A stretch of 64,000 nucleotides of DNA, from assembly GCA_040222015.1 (NCBI GenBank), contig JAVJWO010000040.1:32001-96000 (forward strand), given 5' to 3'. This document shows, in pieces, positions 54,078 through 64,000 of this stretch. The stretch comes from Coleofasciculus chthonoplastes F2-STO-03. Lineage in GTDB: Bacteria > Cyanobacteriota > Cyanobacteriia > Cyanobacteriales > Coleofasciculaceae. Within the stretch, counting starts at the first letter, position 1, and every line of letters starts with the position of its first letter. Under the pieces are notes generated by a model. It saw only the letters and a list, made by a program, of their open reading frames with translations. It was not told the origin of the DNA and made no database searches. Both the position numbers and the translations under genes were made by a program.

Positions 54078-56807
54078 ATGAAACTAACGCTTTCTCGCTT
54101 GTACAATCTGTTGCTTACTGCTTGCGACGATCTGCGCGGTAGTATGGATGCTAGTGAGTACAAAGAGTATGTCTTTGGCATGTTGTTCTTGAAGCGGGCA
54201 AGCGATCTCTTTGACCAACGCCGTGCTGAGTTACAAGCAGAGTTAGCAGCTAGAGGCATGGCTGAAGAAGACATCGAGGTAGAGTTAGAAGACCCCGATA
54301 ATTACTCTAGCAAATACTTCTATGTGCCACCTCGCGCCCGCTGGAATGAGGGCTGGCAAGAAGAAGTGATTGATGATAATGGTCAGCGTCAAATCGTCAA
54401 GCATCCGGCTCTCAAGCATGTTAAAAATAATGTCGGTACGACTCTCAATAAAGCTCTAGAGGCAATTGAAGATGCTAACCCGGATGTACTAGAAGATGTA
54501 CTCAAGGGCATTAACTTTAACCGCAAAATCGGGCAGCGAACGCTGGACGACGATACATTGTCTGATTTTTTGCAGAACTTCGAGAAGATTCCTTTAAAAG
54601 ACAGCGATTTTGAGTTTCCCGATCTGTTGGGGGCAGCTTACGAGTGGCTAATCAAATACTTTGCTGACTCGGCGGGCAAAAAAGCGGGAGAATTTTATAC
54701 CCCAGCGGAGGTGGTGCGGGTTTGCGTCGAAATTTGTGACCCAGAGGAGGGGATGCGGGTATATGACCCTACTGTCGGCTCAGGTGGGATGCTGATTCAA
54801 ATGCGGGACTATCTGCGGGAAAAGGGGAGAAATGCAGAGGAACTGGCTCTGTTTGGACAGGAGAAAATGGGGACAACCTGGTCTATCTGCAAGATGAATA
54901 TGCTGCTGCATGGCATCTCCCATGCGGATATTCGTCAAGCGGATACCATCCGCGAACCCCAGCACTTAGACGAAAATAACGAACTCAAACGCTTCGATCG
55001 CGTCTTAGCCAATCCCCCCTTTAGCCAGAACTATATTAAAAAAGATCTGGTATTCACCGGACGGTTTCCGGTGATGATGCCGGAAAAGGGTAAGAAGGCT
55101 GACCTGATGTTTGTGCAGCACATGCTGGCGGTGTTGAAGCACGATGGTCGCTCGGCAACAGTAATGCCCCACGGTGTGCTATTTCGAGGGGGAGAGGAGC
55201 ATGAAGCCCGCAAATACTTTATCAATCACGGTTATCTAGAAGCGATTATTGGTCTGCCTAGTAACCTGTTTTATGGCACTGGGATTCCGGCGTGCATTCT
55301 CGTGCTGAATAAGATGGGGGCGACGACTCGCGATCGCGTGCTGTTTATCAATGCCGATCGCGAATACCGTGAGGGCAAAGCGCAGAACTTCCTGCGCCCC
55401 GAAGATGTTGATAAAATTGTCTATGCCTATCGCACCAAGGAAAACATTCCCGCCTATGCGCGGTTAGTGCCCAGGGCGGAGATTGCTGAGGAGGACTACA
55501 ACTGCAATATCCGGCGTTATGTGGACAATGCCCCACCGCCCGAACCCCATGATGTGCGTGCCCATCTGCATGGGGGTGTGCCCAAGGTGGAAGTCGATAG
55601 CCTCGAACACTTTTGGCAGAACTATGGGCAGTTGCGAGAGGATGCCTTTGTGCCCCGTGATCAGACTTATCTTGACTTTGCCCCAGTGCTGACGAGTAAG
55701 CGCGACATTGCCGACTTTGTGGCGACTCACCAAAGTGCGATCGCTCGTCACCAGCAGTTTATGGGAACGCTAGAGGAGTGGTGGCAGGAAAATCTACCCA
55801 TTGTGGAGGCTCTAGCCCCCGATGCAGCGAATCAGGAAGCTCGCCCCCGGAATGTCTATATTATGCGGAGTCGTTTGCTCAGGAGCATTGAAGAGAAATT
55901 AGCCAACCAGCAGTTACTTACCTCCTTTCAGGTGCGGGGGGCATTTGCTAACTATGTGGACACATTGAAGGCAGATTTTAAGTCCATTGCAGCCAGTGGT
56001 TGGGGGGCAGAACTGATTCCCGATGAGGATATTTTGCAGAGCCAGTTCCCGGAAGTTTTGGAGGAATTGGAGCAAGCGCAGACTCGTCTGGCGGAGTTAC
56101 AGGCACTATTTGCTGCTGCTGATGCGGAAGATTTTGAGGATACCGACGACACGGGGGTATTGCCTAGTGAGGAGGTGAAAAGTCAAAAAGAGGAGTTGAA
56201 GACTTGGACGACGGAGTGGAAGGCGCAGATCAAACAGGTTAAAGCTTTGGCTGGCAATATCTTCACTGAAATTAAGGCAGCGAATTTGTTACCCCCAGGT
56301 GCTAAGAAAGGCTTTTATTGCACTGAAGGATTTACCCAAAAAGAGGTGCTGTTTACTAACGGTAATCGTATTCTGGAGCTTGCTGCTGATGTGGGTCATA
56401 TCAGTGAGTATGCTATTCCTTTGAAAGAGGCAATGGAACGGGGACAACACGCCTATAATCAGGCAGCAAGGATTACCGCCAGCTTGGAGCGTCACAAGGC
56501 TTTAGAAGATGAAGTGAGAACGCTCCGGGCTAATATTAGGAGTATTGAGCATAATCGCGATGAACTGGTGCAAAGTGCCCGTGAAAAGATTTCTACGGAT
56601 GAAGCTCGCACGGTGATTATTGAGCGTCTGCGGAAGACGCTGATGGAGATTTATGAAACTTATTTACGGGCGGATCAGCGGGCTTGTGTGCGGGCGGTTG
56701 AGAATTTGTGGGAGAAGTATGCGGTGACAGCGAAGGAGATTGAAGCAGCAAGGGATGCAGCAGCGCAGGAGTTACAGGCGTTTTTGGTGGAGTTGGGATA
56801 TGAGTGA
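54078..56807 (+). CDS. hsdM: Type I RM methyltransferase subunit M with long C-terminal extension
   Basis: [41 protein letters not shown]. Confidence 0.95.
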   Translation: MKLTLSRLYNLLLTACDDLRGSMDASEYKEYVFGMLFLKRASDLFDQRRAELQAELAARGMAEEDIEVELEDPDNYSSKYFYVPPRARWNEGWQEEVIDDNGQRQIVKHPALKHVKNNVGTTLNKALEAIEDANPDVLEDVLKGINFNRKIGQRTLDDDTLSDFLQNFEKIPLKDSDFEFPDLLGAAYEWLIKYFADSAGKKAGEFYTPAEVVRVCVEICDPEEGMRVYDPTVGSGGMLIQMRDYLREKGRNAEELALFGQEKMGTTWSICKMNMLLHGISHADIRQADTIREPQHLDENNELKRFDRVLANPPFSQNYIKKDLVFTGRFPVMMPEKGKKADLMFVQHMLAVLKHDGRSATVMPHGVLFRGGEEHEARKYFINHGYLEAIIGLPSNLFYGTGIPACILVLNKMGATTRDRVLFINADREYREGKAQNFLRPEDVDKIVYAYRTKENIPAYARLVPRAEIAEEDYNCNIRRYVDNAPPPEPHDVRAHLHGGVPKVEVDSLEHFWQNYGQLREDAFVPRDQTYLDFAPVLTSKRDIADFVATHQSAIARHQQFMGTLEEWWQENLPIVEALAPDAANQEARPRNVYIMRSRLLRSIEEKLANQQLLTSFQVRGAFANYVDTLKADFKSIAASGWGAELIPDEDILQSQFPEVLEELEQAQTRLAELQALFAAADAEDFEDTDDTGVLPSEEVKSQKEELKTWTTEWKAQIKQVKALAGNIFTEIKAANLLPPGAKKGFYCTEGFTQKEVLFTNGNRILELAADVGHISEYAIPLKEAMERGQHAYNQAARITASLERHKALEDEVRTLRANIRSIEHNRDELVQSAREKISTDEARTVIIERLRKTLMEIYETYLRADQRACVRAVENLWEKYAVTAKEIEAARDAAAQELQAFLVELGYE

Positions 56808-58089
56808 GGATATATACATTTCCCTTGGTGATGTAGCTCATATCATTGACCCTCATCCAAGTCATCGAGCACCTGAGGAAGTTAAGGAAGGAATACCGTT
56901 TGCGGGAATAGGAGATATTAGTGAGACAGGTAATCTTATTCATGGAAGAGGAAGGACTGTACCAAAAAGAATACTGTCTGAACACTCACTTAGATATCAG
57001 CTTTCGGGAAACACTATCGGTTTTGGACGAGTCGCAACCATTGGAAAGGTCATCGACTTTCAGGAAGGAATCAGAGATTTAGTTCTGTCTCCTACTATGG
57101 CTGTAATCGAACCTCACACAATTGATCGTGATTATCTGTTAGCAGTTCTTGGGAGTCAAAAAGTAAAGAAGACTATAGATAAATGGCTTACAGGCTCTAC
57201 TCGGTCATCCTTAGGTATAGAGTTGCTTCGTGATATCCCAGTACCAGATCTTCCCAGGAGAAAGCAGGAAAAGATCGGGAGAGTGTATAGAACCTTAAGT
57301 AACGCGATCGCACATACAGAAGCCCTGATCGAGAAATACCAGCAGATTAAGGCAGGGCTGATGCACGACTTGTTTACCCGTGGCATTGGTGCGGATGGCA
57401 AGCTGCGCCCTCCCCGTGACGAAGCGCCGGAGTTGTATCAGGAGAGTGCGATCGGTTGGATTCCTAAGGATTGGAATTGGGAAATCGTTGCTGATTTATG
57501 TTCCCAAGTAGTTGACTGTCCTCACTCAACACCTATATATCGTGACTCAGGGATTCCATGCATTAGAACTGCTGACATGGAACCGGGAGAATTGATTCTA
57601 GAGCAAGCATATTGCGTGGATGAAAAGGACTATAAGATCCGAACTCAAAGGCTAGTTCCAAAAGAAGGAGATATTATATACTCCCGAGAAGGTGAACGAC
57701 TTGGCATTGCATCACCTGTAGGCATTAAAAAGGTCTGCCTTGGACAAAGGGTTATGTTATTACGCCCAGATTCAAATACAGATCCAAGCTTTTTACTTTG
57801 GAGTATGAATCATATTGATTTTTACAGAAGAGTCGTTAGAGGTTTAGGTGCAACGACTTCACCTCATGTGAATGTTGGAGACATTAAAGCAATACCAATA
57901 TCAGTGCCAACATATAGAGAGCAGGTTCTCATTGGAGAGAAAATAAACGCAGTTCAAGGTGTTTTAAACCGAGAAAAAAAATTCAGAGCGAAGCTACAGC
58001 AGAAGAAAAACGGTCTGATGCATGATCTCCTCACTGGCAAAGTTCCCGTCAAAGTCCATTCTGATGAAGTGGATCATATCTCAAACTAG
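56800..58089 (+). CDS. hsdS: Type I RM specificity subunit S
   Basis: Two TRDs separated by repeated K.GLMHDL(F/L)T helices; IGWIPKDW. Confidence 0.93.
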   Translation: MSEDIYISLGDVAHIIDPHPSHRAPEEVKEGIPFAGIGDISETGNLIHGRGRTVPKRILSEHSLRYQLSGNTIGFGRVATIGKVIDFQEGIRDLVLSPTMAVIEPHTIDRDYLLAVLGSQKVKKTIDKWLTGSTRSSLGIELLRDIPVPDLPRRKQEKIGRVYRTLSNAIAHTEALIEKYQQIKAGLMHDLFTRGIGADGKLRPPRDEAPELYQESAIGWIPKDWNWEIVADLCSQVVDCPHSTPIYRDSGIPCIRTADMEPGELILEQAYCVDEKDYKIRTQRLVPKEGDIIYSREGERLGIASPVGIKKVCLGQRVMLLRPDSNTDPSFLLWSMNHIDFYRRVVRGLGATTSPHVNVGDIKAIPISVPTYREQVLIGEKINAVQGVLNREKKFRAKLQQKKNGLMHDLLTGKVPVKVHSDEVDHISN

Positions 58090-58155
58090 CCCCATCGCCT
58101 GTCCTGATAGCAATGCTATCATCAGCATAAGTAATTCCTTCAAAACCCCATCGCT

Positions 58156-58416
58156 ATGGCTAATCTAATTGTTCGTAACATCGACGATGCCATTGTCAAA
58201 GCACTGAAACAACGGGCTAGTCGCCACGGCATTAGTACCGAAGCCGAACATCGCAAAATCCTAGAGCAAGTCCTATTGCATCCGCCCCAAAAATCCTTTG
58301 CTGAAGTGCTTCGCCTCATTCCCAATGTTGGCAAAGATACCGACTTTGAACGATCTTTGACAGTCTCATACCCCCCAAATCCCCCAAATCCCCCAAATCA
58401 TGAAAACCAATATTGA
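58156..58416 (+). CDS. FitA/Arc-like RHH antitoxin (C-terminus extended through a CCCCCAAAT repeat)
   Basis: MANLIVRNIDD..VKALKQRA.RHG.S.EAEHR.IL. Confidence 0.8.
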   Translation: MANLIVRNIDDAIVKALKQRASRHGISTEAEHRKILEQVLLHPPQKSFAEVLRLIPNVGKDTDFERSLTVSYPPNPPNPPNHENQY

Positions 58417-58594
58417 AATAGACGAAGCCTTAATTGCCGATGCCCTGCAAACCACTGGGCTAACCACCACCGATCAAGTAATCGAGTTGGCTCTAAAAAC
58501 GCTATTACAGCTCAAGCACCAAGAAAAAATCAAAGCTTTTCGAGGCAAGTTGTCCTGGGAGGGCGACCTCGACCTGATGAGGACAGATACATGA
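58400..58594 (+). CDS. vapB: VapB-type antitoxin (DUF2191-like)
   Basis: MKTNIEIDEALI...RGKLSWEGDLDLMR. Confidence 0.85.
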   Translation: MKTNIEIDEALIADALQTTGLTTTDQVIELALKTLLQLKHQEKIKAFRGKLSWEGDLDLMRTDT

Positions 58595-58623
58595 TTTTAG
58601 TCGATTCCAGCCTTATCAGGTAG
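58591..58623 (+). pseudogene. vapC: VapC PIN toxin stub (MILVDSSLIR*)
   Basis: ATGA overlap with the vapB stop; MILVDSS is the canonical PIN N-terminus; the remainder is missing. Confidence 0.65.
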
Positions 58624-58626
58624 CTT

Positions 58627-61600
58627 ATGTCTGAATATACCGAAGTCGAACAGCCATTTCTACAGCAGTTACAAACCCTCGGTTGGCAAATTATCGACCA
58701 GGGCGCACAAATCCCCAGTGACCCCACCAAAAGCCTACGGGCTAACTTTCGGCAGTGGCTGCTTCCCCAGGTCTTTAACCAAGCCGTCGCAGCCCTCAAC
58801 ACTAACGCCGACGGCACTTCCTGGCTCACCCCCAAACAACTCCAAGACCTGCAAGACCAAATCCTGCGCCAGCCCAACCGCACCCTCCTCGAAGCCAACG
58901 AAGCCATTCAAAAACTGCTGTTCAAGTCCCAAGTCGATGTCAACGAACAAACCGGGGAAGAAGACCCTGTAGTAAAACTGATCGACTTTGCAAATCCCAA
59001 GAACAACCAGTTTCACGCCATCAACCAGTTCCGCATCGATACACCGGGCTGCGTGAAGCAATACATCATTCCCGACATTGTGCTATTCGTGAACGGCATC
59101 CCCTTGGTGGTGGTCGAGTGCAAAAAAGGTAGTGCCACCTGCGCCAACCCCATGTCCGCAGCCTTTGAGCAGCTCCAGCGTTACATGAACCAGCGAGAGG
59201 AGACCACCCGGCATGGTTTACGGGAAGGAGAACCGCGCCTGTTTCATCCCAATCTGTTCGTAGTTCGCAGCACAGGCGTTGAGGCTGACTATGGTACGAT
59301 CACCTCCGAAGCAGAGCATTTCTATCCCTGGAAAACCCAGTATCCTCAACCAGAGAGTACCGCCGAAGGGCTGAACCAACAACAGCAACTCATCAACGGT
59401 ATGCTCAATAAAACCAACCTACTGAGCATCTTGCGGACTTCTAGCGTCTTTATGGACAGCGATAGCGGTCCCCGCATTAAAGTGGTGTGCCGTTACCAAC
59501 AGTTTCGAGCAGCCAACAAAATTATCGAACGTCTACGCCAAGGTCAAACCGCAGCCGAAAAAAGTGGTGTTGTTTGGCATACCCAAGGATCGGGCAAAAG
59601 CCTGACAATGGTATTTATGGCGCGGATGCTGCGGGCATCGTCAGACCTGAGCGACTACAAAATCGTGCTGATTAACGATCGCGTCGATCTCGAAAAGCAG
59701 TTGTCTAAAACCGCCACCCTGATTGGCGGGCGGGTTTATCCTATCGAAAGCACCCAAGCCCTCCGAGACCACCTATCAACAGATGCCTCCGATATCAATA
59801 TGGTGATGGTGCATAAGTTTCAGCAGCGCGATCGGGTCATGCCCCTGAAAGTTGCCGAAGCCCTGGGGACTTATCGCCCTATTCCTAGCAACCAGACCTT
59901 TGGCGTAGTCAATCACTCCTCCCGCATCGTGCTGATGATTGACGAGGCTCACCGCACCCAAAGCTCCGACCTGGGCGATAACGTCTTTGAAGCCTTTCCC
60001 AACGCTGCCCGTCTTGCCTTCACTGGCACCCCACTGATTACAGAGCGACACGGTGAAAAGAAAACCCATAAACGCTTTGGCAGCTACATCGACACCTATC
60101 GGCTCATGGATGCCGTACCCGACGGCACTACGCTACAAATTTTGTACGAAGGTCGTACCTCCGACGATGCCCTCAACGATAAACACGGCTTTGAAACCCG
60201 CTTTGAAAATCTCTTTCGCGATCGCAGTGACGAAGAGTTACTAGCAATCAAGAAAAAATACGGAGCGACAGGCGACTTGTTAGAAGCCGAGCAACGGATT
60301 GGCGCGATCGCCCAAGACCTAGTGAAACACTACCTAGAAAATATTTTCCCTAACGGCTTTAAAGCCCAAGTCGTGTGCCATTCTAAACTCGCTGCTGTGC
60401 GTTATCAAAAAGCAATCCATCAAGCCTTAGCCGACACCGTAGCCCGCTTAAAGGCGCAACCTAACCCCGACCTCGAACTGATCCGCAAAGTACGCTTCCT
60501 CAAGGCAGCAGTGGTAATCTCCGGCAGTGGCACTAATGAGCCTACCTACGTCACCGAAGCCCGCCAGCAAGTCCGAGCTTGGAATGCCGTCGATAACTTT
60601 TGCCGTCCCTTCGACTTTGACGATCCCGATAAGCCTCATACTGGCATTGCCTTTTTGGTTGTGTGTGACATGCTACTCACGGGCTTTGATGCCCCCATTG
60701 AGCAGGTGATGTATCTCGACAAAAAAATGAAAGAGCATACATTGCTACAAGCGATCGCCCGCACCAACCGAGTCAAGAAAGGCAAACAGCGGGGCTACAT
60801 CGTCGATTACATCGGTCTCACCGAAAATCTGACGGAGGCTCTGACTCTGTATGCAGCCACTAATGAACAACAGGAATTGGCTCAGGGCTTAAAAAGCATT
60901 GCCTCTGAGATGCCCGTGTTAGAGGAGCGATATCAACGCCTGCTACAGCTATTTGCAGAGCATAAGGTCGCCAAAGTACGGGAATATGCCGAAGGGAACC
61001 TAGAGACCATCCAAGCAGATGCTGCTGTGGTTCATGAGGCGGTTAAGCTACTCAAAAACGAGAAAATCCGGGCTGACTTTGAGGTCTATCTAAAAAAATT
61101 CCTGGCGAGTCTGGATATTATCCTGCCCAACTCCATTGCTCAAAAATACCGAGTGCCTGCCAAACGGTTGGGCTATATCCTCCAAGTCACCAAAGAGCGT
61201 TACAAAGACACTAGCCTCAACCTGGGCGATGCTGGCAAAAAAGTCCGGGATCTAATCAACGAGCATTTGATTAGTCTGGGCATCAACCCCAAAGTGCCTC
61301 CCGTAGAGCTGCTATCGCCAGACTTTATGGCGCAACTTAACCAGCACGCGGGTAACAACGACGAAGCCAAGGCTAGTGAAATGGAGCATGCCATCCGCAA
61401 GCACTGCACTGTCCACCACGATGAAGACCCAGCCTTTTATCAAAGCCTATCGGAGAAAGTCGAGTACCTAATCGAAGAATATCACGACCGCTGGGACAAG
61501 CTCGCCAAAGAGTTAGAGAAAATCCGCGAAGAGGCGATCGCGGGTCGTCAGCAGGGTGAAGAGGGCATGAGCAAAGAAGCAACAACCTTCTACGAACACA

Positions 61601-61887
61601 TCGCCAACCAGGTCTTTGAAAATGGAGAGATACCCCCAGATGCCAAACCCAAGATCAAGGTGCTGATGGAAGCAGTTGTCGAAACCTTACAAGATAGTAT
61701 TGGCAGCATCGATTTCTGGAATAATAGCGATAAGCAAAAGCGAACCCGCAGTGAAATCAAGACTGCACTTACCCTTACTGGCATTGTCGAGTTGAAAGTA
61801 AATCGTGAACGGATCGCCGTTGAAATTATGAAACTCGCCAAAAACCGCCACAACGAACTATTGAAAGGTACGACTGACAACCCATGA
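58627..61887 (+). CDS. hsdR: Type I RM restriction subunit R
   Basis: IPDIVLFVNGIPLVVVECK, HTQGSGKS, DEAHR, FTGTP, MLLTGFDAP, QAIARTNR. Confidence 0.96.
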   Translation: MSEYTEVEQPFLQQLQTLGWQIIDQGAQIPSDPTKSLRANFRQWLLPQVFNQAVAALNTNADGTSWLTPKQLQDLQDQILRQPNRTLLEANEAIQKLLFKSQVDVNEQTGEEDPVVKLIDFANPKNNQFHAINQFRIDTPGCVKQYIIPDIVLFVNGIPLVVVECKKGSATCANPMSAAFEQLQRYMNQREETTRHGLREGEPRLFHPNLFVVRSTGVEADYGTITSEAEHFYPWKTQYPQPESTAEGLNQQQQLINGMLNKTNLLSILRTSSVFMDSDSGPRIKVVCRYQQFRAANKIIERLRQGQTAAEKSGVVWHTQGSGKSLTMVFMARMLRASSDLSDYKIVLINDRVDLEKQLSKTATLIGGRVYPIESTQALRDHLSTDASDINMVMVHKFQQRDRVMPLKVAEALGTYRPIPSNQTFGVVNHSSRIVLMIDEAHRTQSSDLGDNVFEAFPNAARLAFTGTPLITERHGEKKTHKRFGSYIDTYRLMDAVPDGTTLQILYEGRTSDDALNDKHGFETRFENLFRDRSDEELLAIKKKYGATGDLLEAEQRIGAIAQDLVKHYLENIFPNGFKAQVVCHSKLAAVRYQKAIHQALADTVARLKAQPNPDLELIRKVRFLKAAVVISGSGTNEPTYVTEARQQVRAWNAVDNFCRPFDFDDPDKPHTGIAFLVVCDMLLTGFDAPIEQVMYLDKKMKEHTLLQAIARTNRVKKGKQRGYIVDYIGLTENLTEALTLYAATNEQQELAQGLKSIASEMPVLEERYQRLLQLFAEHKVAKVREYAEGNLETIQADAAVVHEAVKLLKNEKIRADFEVYLKKFLASLDIILPNSIAQKYRVPAKRLGYILQVTKERYKDTSLNLGDAGKKVRDLINEHLISLGINPKVPPVELLSPDFMAQLNQHAGNNDEAKASEMEHAIRKHCTVHHDEDPAFYQSLSEKVEYLIEEYHDRWDKLAKELEKIREEAIAGRQQGEEGMSKEATTFYEHIANQVFENGEIPPDAKPKIKVLMEAVVETLQDSIGSIDFWNNSDKQKRTRSEIKTALTLTGIVELKVNRERIAVEIMKLAKNRHNELLKGTTDNP

Positions 61888-62591
61888 ATATCCGCTGTGT
61901 CAGAGATATAGAATACCAGTTACTACCTGGTAGCCCGCGTAAAACCACCGATATTGTGATTGAGCGTGATGGCAGAGTAACTTTGCGCCCACCGATTGAT
62001 TACACCCCCGAACAAGCCGATGCAGTAGTAGAAAGCAAGCGTCTATGGATCTACCGCAACTTGGCTGAATGGAAAGACCTCAATGCCAGTGCTGTAGTGC
62101 GCGAGTGGGTCAACGGTGAAACCTTTCTGTACCTGGGTCGTACCTATCGTTTGGCACTCGTATCAAATCAAGACCGTGCCCTCAAGCTCAAAGAAGGCTA
62201 CTTTTGCTTAGATCGTAGAATTGTTGAGCAAGGCGGTAATGCAGCAGCAAAACAAGCATTTATATCGTATTTCATCGAGAAGGGTCAGCAACGTTTTCGC
62301 GATCGGGTTAAATATTTTGCTCCTAAAGTCGGCGTTCAGCCTGTGGGAGTCAAAGTCAAAGACATGGGCTACCGCTGGGCTAGTTGTGGCACAAGTGGCT
62401 GGCTTAATTTTCATTGGAAAGGCATGATGGCATCACCCAGAATTATTGATTACATTGTGGTTCATGAGCTATGCCATTTCCACCACCGTAATCATAGCGA
62501 TCTCTTCTGGAACGAAGTAGATAAGGTGATGCCCGACTACCGGGAGAGAAAAGAGTGGCTTAGAAAAAATGGTGCCAGTTTGACCGTATAG
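61884..62591 (+). CDS. M48-family / YgjP-like (DUF45) metallohydrolase
   Basis: RWASC, IDYIVVHELCH..H.NHS..FW. Confidence 0.9.
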   Translation: MNIRCVRDIEYQLLPGSPRKTTDIVIERDGRVTLRPPIDYTPEQADAVVESKRLWIYRNLAEWKDLNASAVVREWVNGETFLYLGRTYRLALVSNQDRALKLKEGYFCLDRRIVEQGGNAAAKQAFISYFIEKGQQRFRDRVKYFAPKVGVQPVGVKVKDMGYRWASCGTSGWLNFHWKGMMASPRIIDYIVVHELCHFHHRNHSDLFWNEVDKVMPDYRERKEWLRKNGASLTV

Positions 62592-62637
62592 GCAACTTAG
62601 ACCATCGCATCGACAATTTGAGAATACTGTTGTTTTA

Positions 62638-63237
62638 TCAAAAACCTAGAAATTCATCGATGAGATTGTTTCGCTCATCTTCAGATAACTGATAGAATAC
62701 CTTTTTAGCCAGCTCTGGAGAGGCATTTTTGGAAAACCAGTCACTATTAGGGTTATCTTGTATTACCAAAAAATATTGTAATCGTTTCTCTATCGCCTCT
62801 TTGTCTGATTTGTCTAACTGTCCTATGCGCTTCAACCAATGATGGTTAGAATCTTTAAAACAGTTACCATCAACAGTGTATATTTGATGTATTAAAGCAT
62901 AATATTCAGTATCAAGCTCATTCCTTTGAGTTGGATTAATCGGGTAAACCGTTGGTAAACCCTTGTATATCTCTCGTGAACTCAATGGGATAATTGCAAA
63001 TGTCTGCATGTCATCCGAGTTATTTCTAAATTGCTCACTTGTCCAAACAAGGTGAGGATGACTGCCTCTCAAAACTCGACTAGCATTAAGCTTTTCTGTA
63101 CAATCTTTATGATTACACTCGATCTGACTGGGTTCTTGTAAATCATAAATATGAACATGACCCTGCTTACAGCGCAAAGAAACACGATCAGGATTAATCA
63201 AGTAGATCCATCCTTGCCGAGGTTTTTGTCCAGCCAT
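62638..63237 (-). CDS. PemK/MazF-like toxin with a Cys/His-rich insertion
   Basis: PRQGWIYLIN, HPHLVW, IIPLSS, ALIHQIYTVD, RIGQL. Confidence 0.7.
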   Translation of the reverse strand: MAGQKPRQGWIYLINPDRVSLRCKQGHVHIYDLQEPSQIECNHKDCTEKLNASRVLRGSHPHLVWTSEQFRNNSDDMQTFAIIPLSSREIYKGLPTVYPINPTQRNELDTEYYALIHQIYTVDGNCFKDSNHHWLKRIGQLDKSDKEAIEKRLQYFLVIQDNPNSDWFSKNASPELAKKVFYQLSEDERNNLIDEFLGF

Positions 63238-63238
63238 T

Positions 63239-63721
63239 TTACAAACCTAACTCACTCACCAATTTTTCTCGTTCGGCGTTTAAATTGAGCTTAACTGTTT
63301 CTTCAGCTTGATGAATTTGCCTCATTTCCAGCATTGGAGCCGTATTCTGTACATAATCTAATAACTGTTCAAATTTTGCGGCACTAGCCCACTCTCTTCT
63401 AATGTTATCAAGCATTAGTTTTAGACCCAAAGGTAAATTTATATCAGTTGTGATATCTGCTTCTATGCCTAGTCTAATAAAGGTAATCCTGCCTTCAGCT
63501 TCCTGGGCAATCTCTTTCCCGTCCATTTGACTGAGAGCGGCGTCTATATCTTCATTCCAGGGACTACGATGGTAGTAACACCAGTTTAATTCAGTAAGCT
63601 GCTTTCCTGTCCATTTAACCGTATAAAGATCAGCCAAATATAAAAAATTAATTAGCTGTGTTTTCGTGATATGCCCTTTTGTCTTATAGACAAAATATTT
63701 GATGAGTTGCTCCAACATCAT
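63239..63721 (-). CDS. Panacea/DUF4065 (SocA/GepA-like) antitoxin
   Basis: ITKTQLINFLYLADL...W.YYHRSPW; ends 1 nt upstream of the toxin start. Confidence 0.72.
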   Translation of the reverse strand: MMLEQLIKYFVYKTKGHITKTQLINFLYLADLYTVKWTGKQLTELNWCYYHRSPWNEDIDAALSQMDGKEIAQEAEGRITFIRLGIEADITTDINLPLGLKLMLDNIRREWASAAKFEQLLDYVQNTAPMLEMRQIHQAEETVKLNLNAEREKLVSELGL

Positions 63722-63790
63722 TACTTTTAATGCTGATACCTAGATCGTCGAGTATTATGAGAAACCGGGTTTCTCGCGAAGATGACAGAA

Positions 63791-63920
63791 ATAAGCTGTT
63801 CGGCATTTAAACCTTAATGTCAATAATGGCAAAATCCTTGTAGTGCGTTAAGCGAAGCCATGCCGCAGGCTTTGCATCTTGCTCGCTACCTATTCCCAAT
63901 TTAAATGCATGACAGCTTAT
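63791..63920. mobile_element. MITE with ATAAGCTGT..GCATTTAAA inverted ends, nested between AGAAACCGGGTTTCT-type repeats
   Basis: ATAAGCTGTTCGGCATTTAAA / TTTAAATGCATGACAGCTTAT; flanking palindromes at ~63760 and ~63936. Confidence 0.65.
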
Positions 63921-64000
63921 CAAGCTTTCACCCAAAGAAACCCGGTTTCTTGACCGAGGCATCCATTACATACCCATGATTTCATATCCAGCATCGACAT

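Overview
This window is from a cyanobacterial chromosome (frequent HIP1 GCGATCGC octamers, STRR tandem repeats and REP/MITE palindromes; probably a filamentous species). All family assignments come from motif recognition, not database searches. From 5' to 3': (1) a Type IIG/ISP-like restriction-modification gene and housekeeping genes (clpC paralog, phosphohexomutase, aminotransferase, glycerol dehydrogenase-like). (2) A complete minus-strand cyanobactin (patellamide/trunkamide-type RiPP) cluster at about 14.2-28.2 kb, ordered A-B-[vWA::C]-D-(hicA pseudogene, RHH-like gene, HNH gene)-E-F-F-G. Its precursor carries the cores ICAPTCAC and MCAPTCAC. PatC is fused in frame to a vWA/MIDAS domain yet keeps its own RBS, and relic GVEAS cassettes lie behind the precursor stop. 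(3) Core genes (rpsU, rbp, bolA, grx, infC and others) interspersed with an IS200/IS605 tnpB element, a tnpA fragment and an apparent orphan HEARO/omegaRNA. (4) A collapsed type III-D-like CRISPR-Cas locus: WYL regulator, truncated CARF nuclease, and csx10/cas7/csx19/cas7-insert fragments, with no cas10 and no array in the window. (5) tRNA-Arg(CCG) followed by a defence island with a Type I RM system, orphan antitoxins, an M48 peptidase and a Panacea/PemK-like TA pair.
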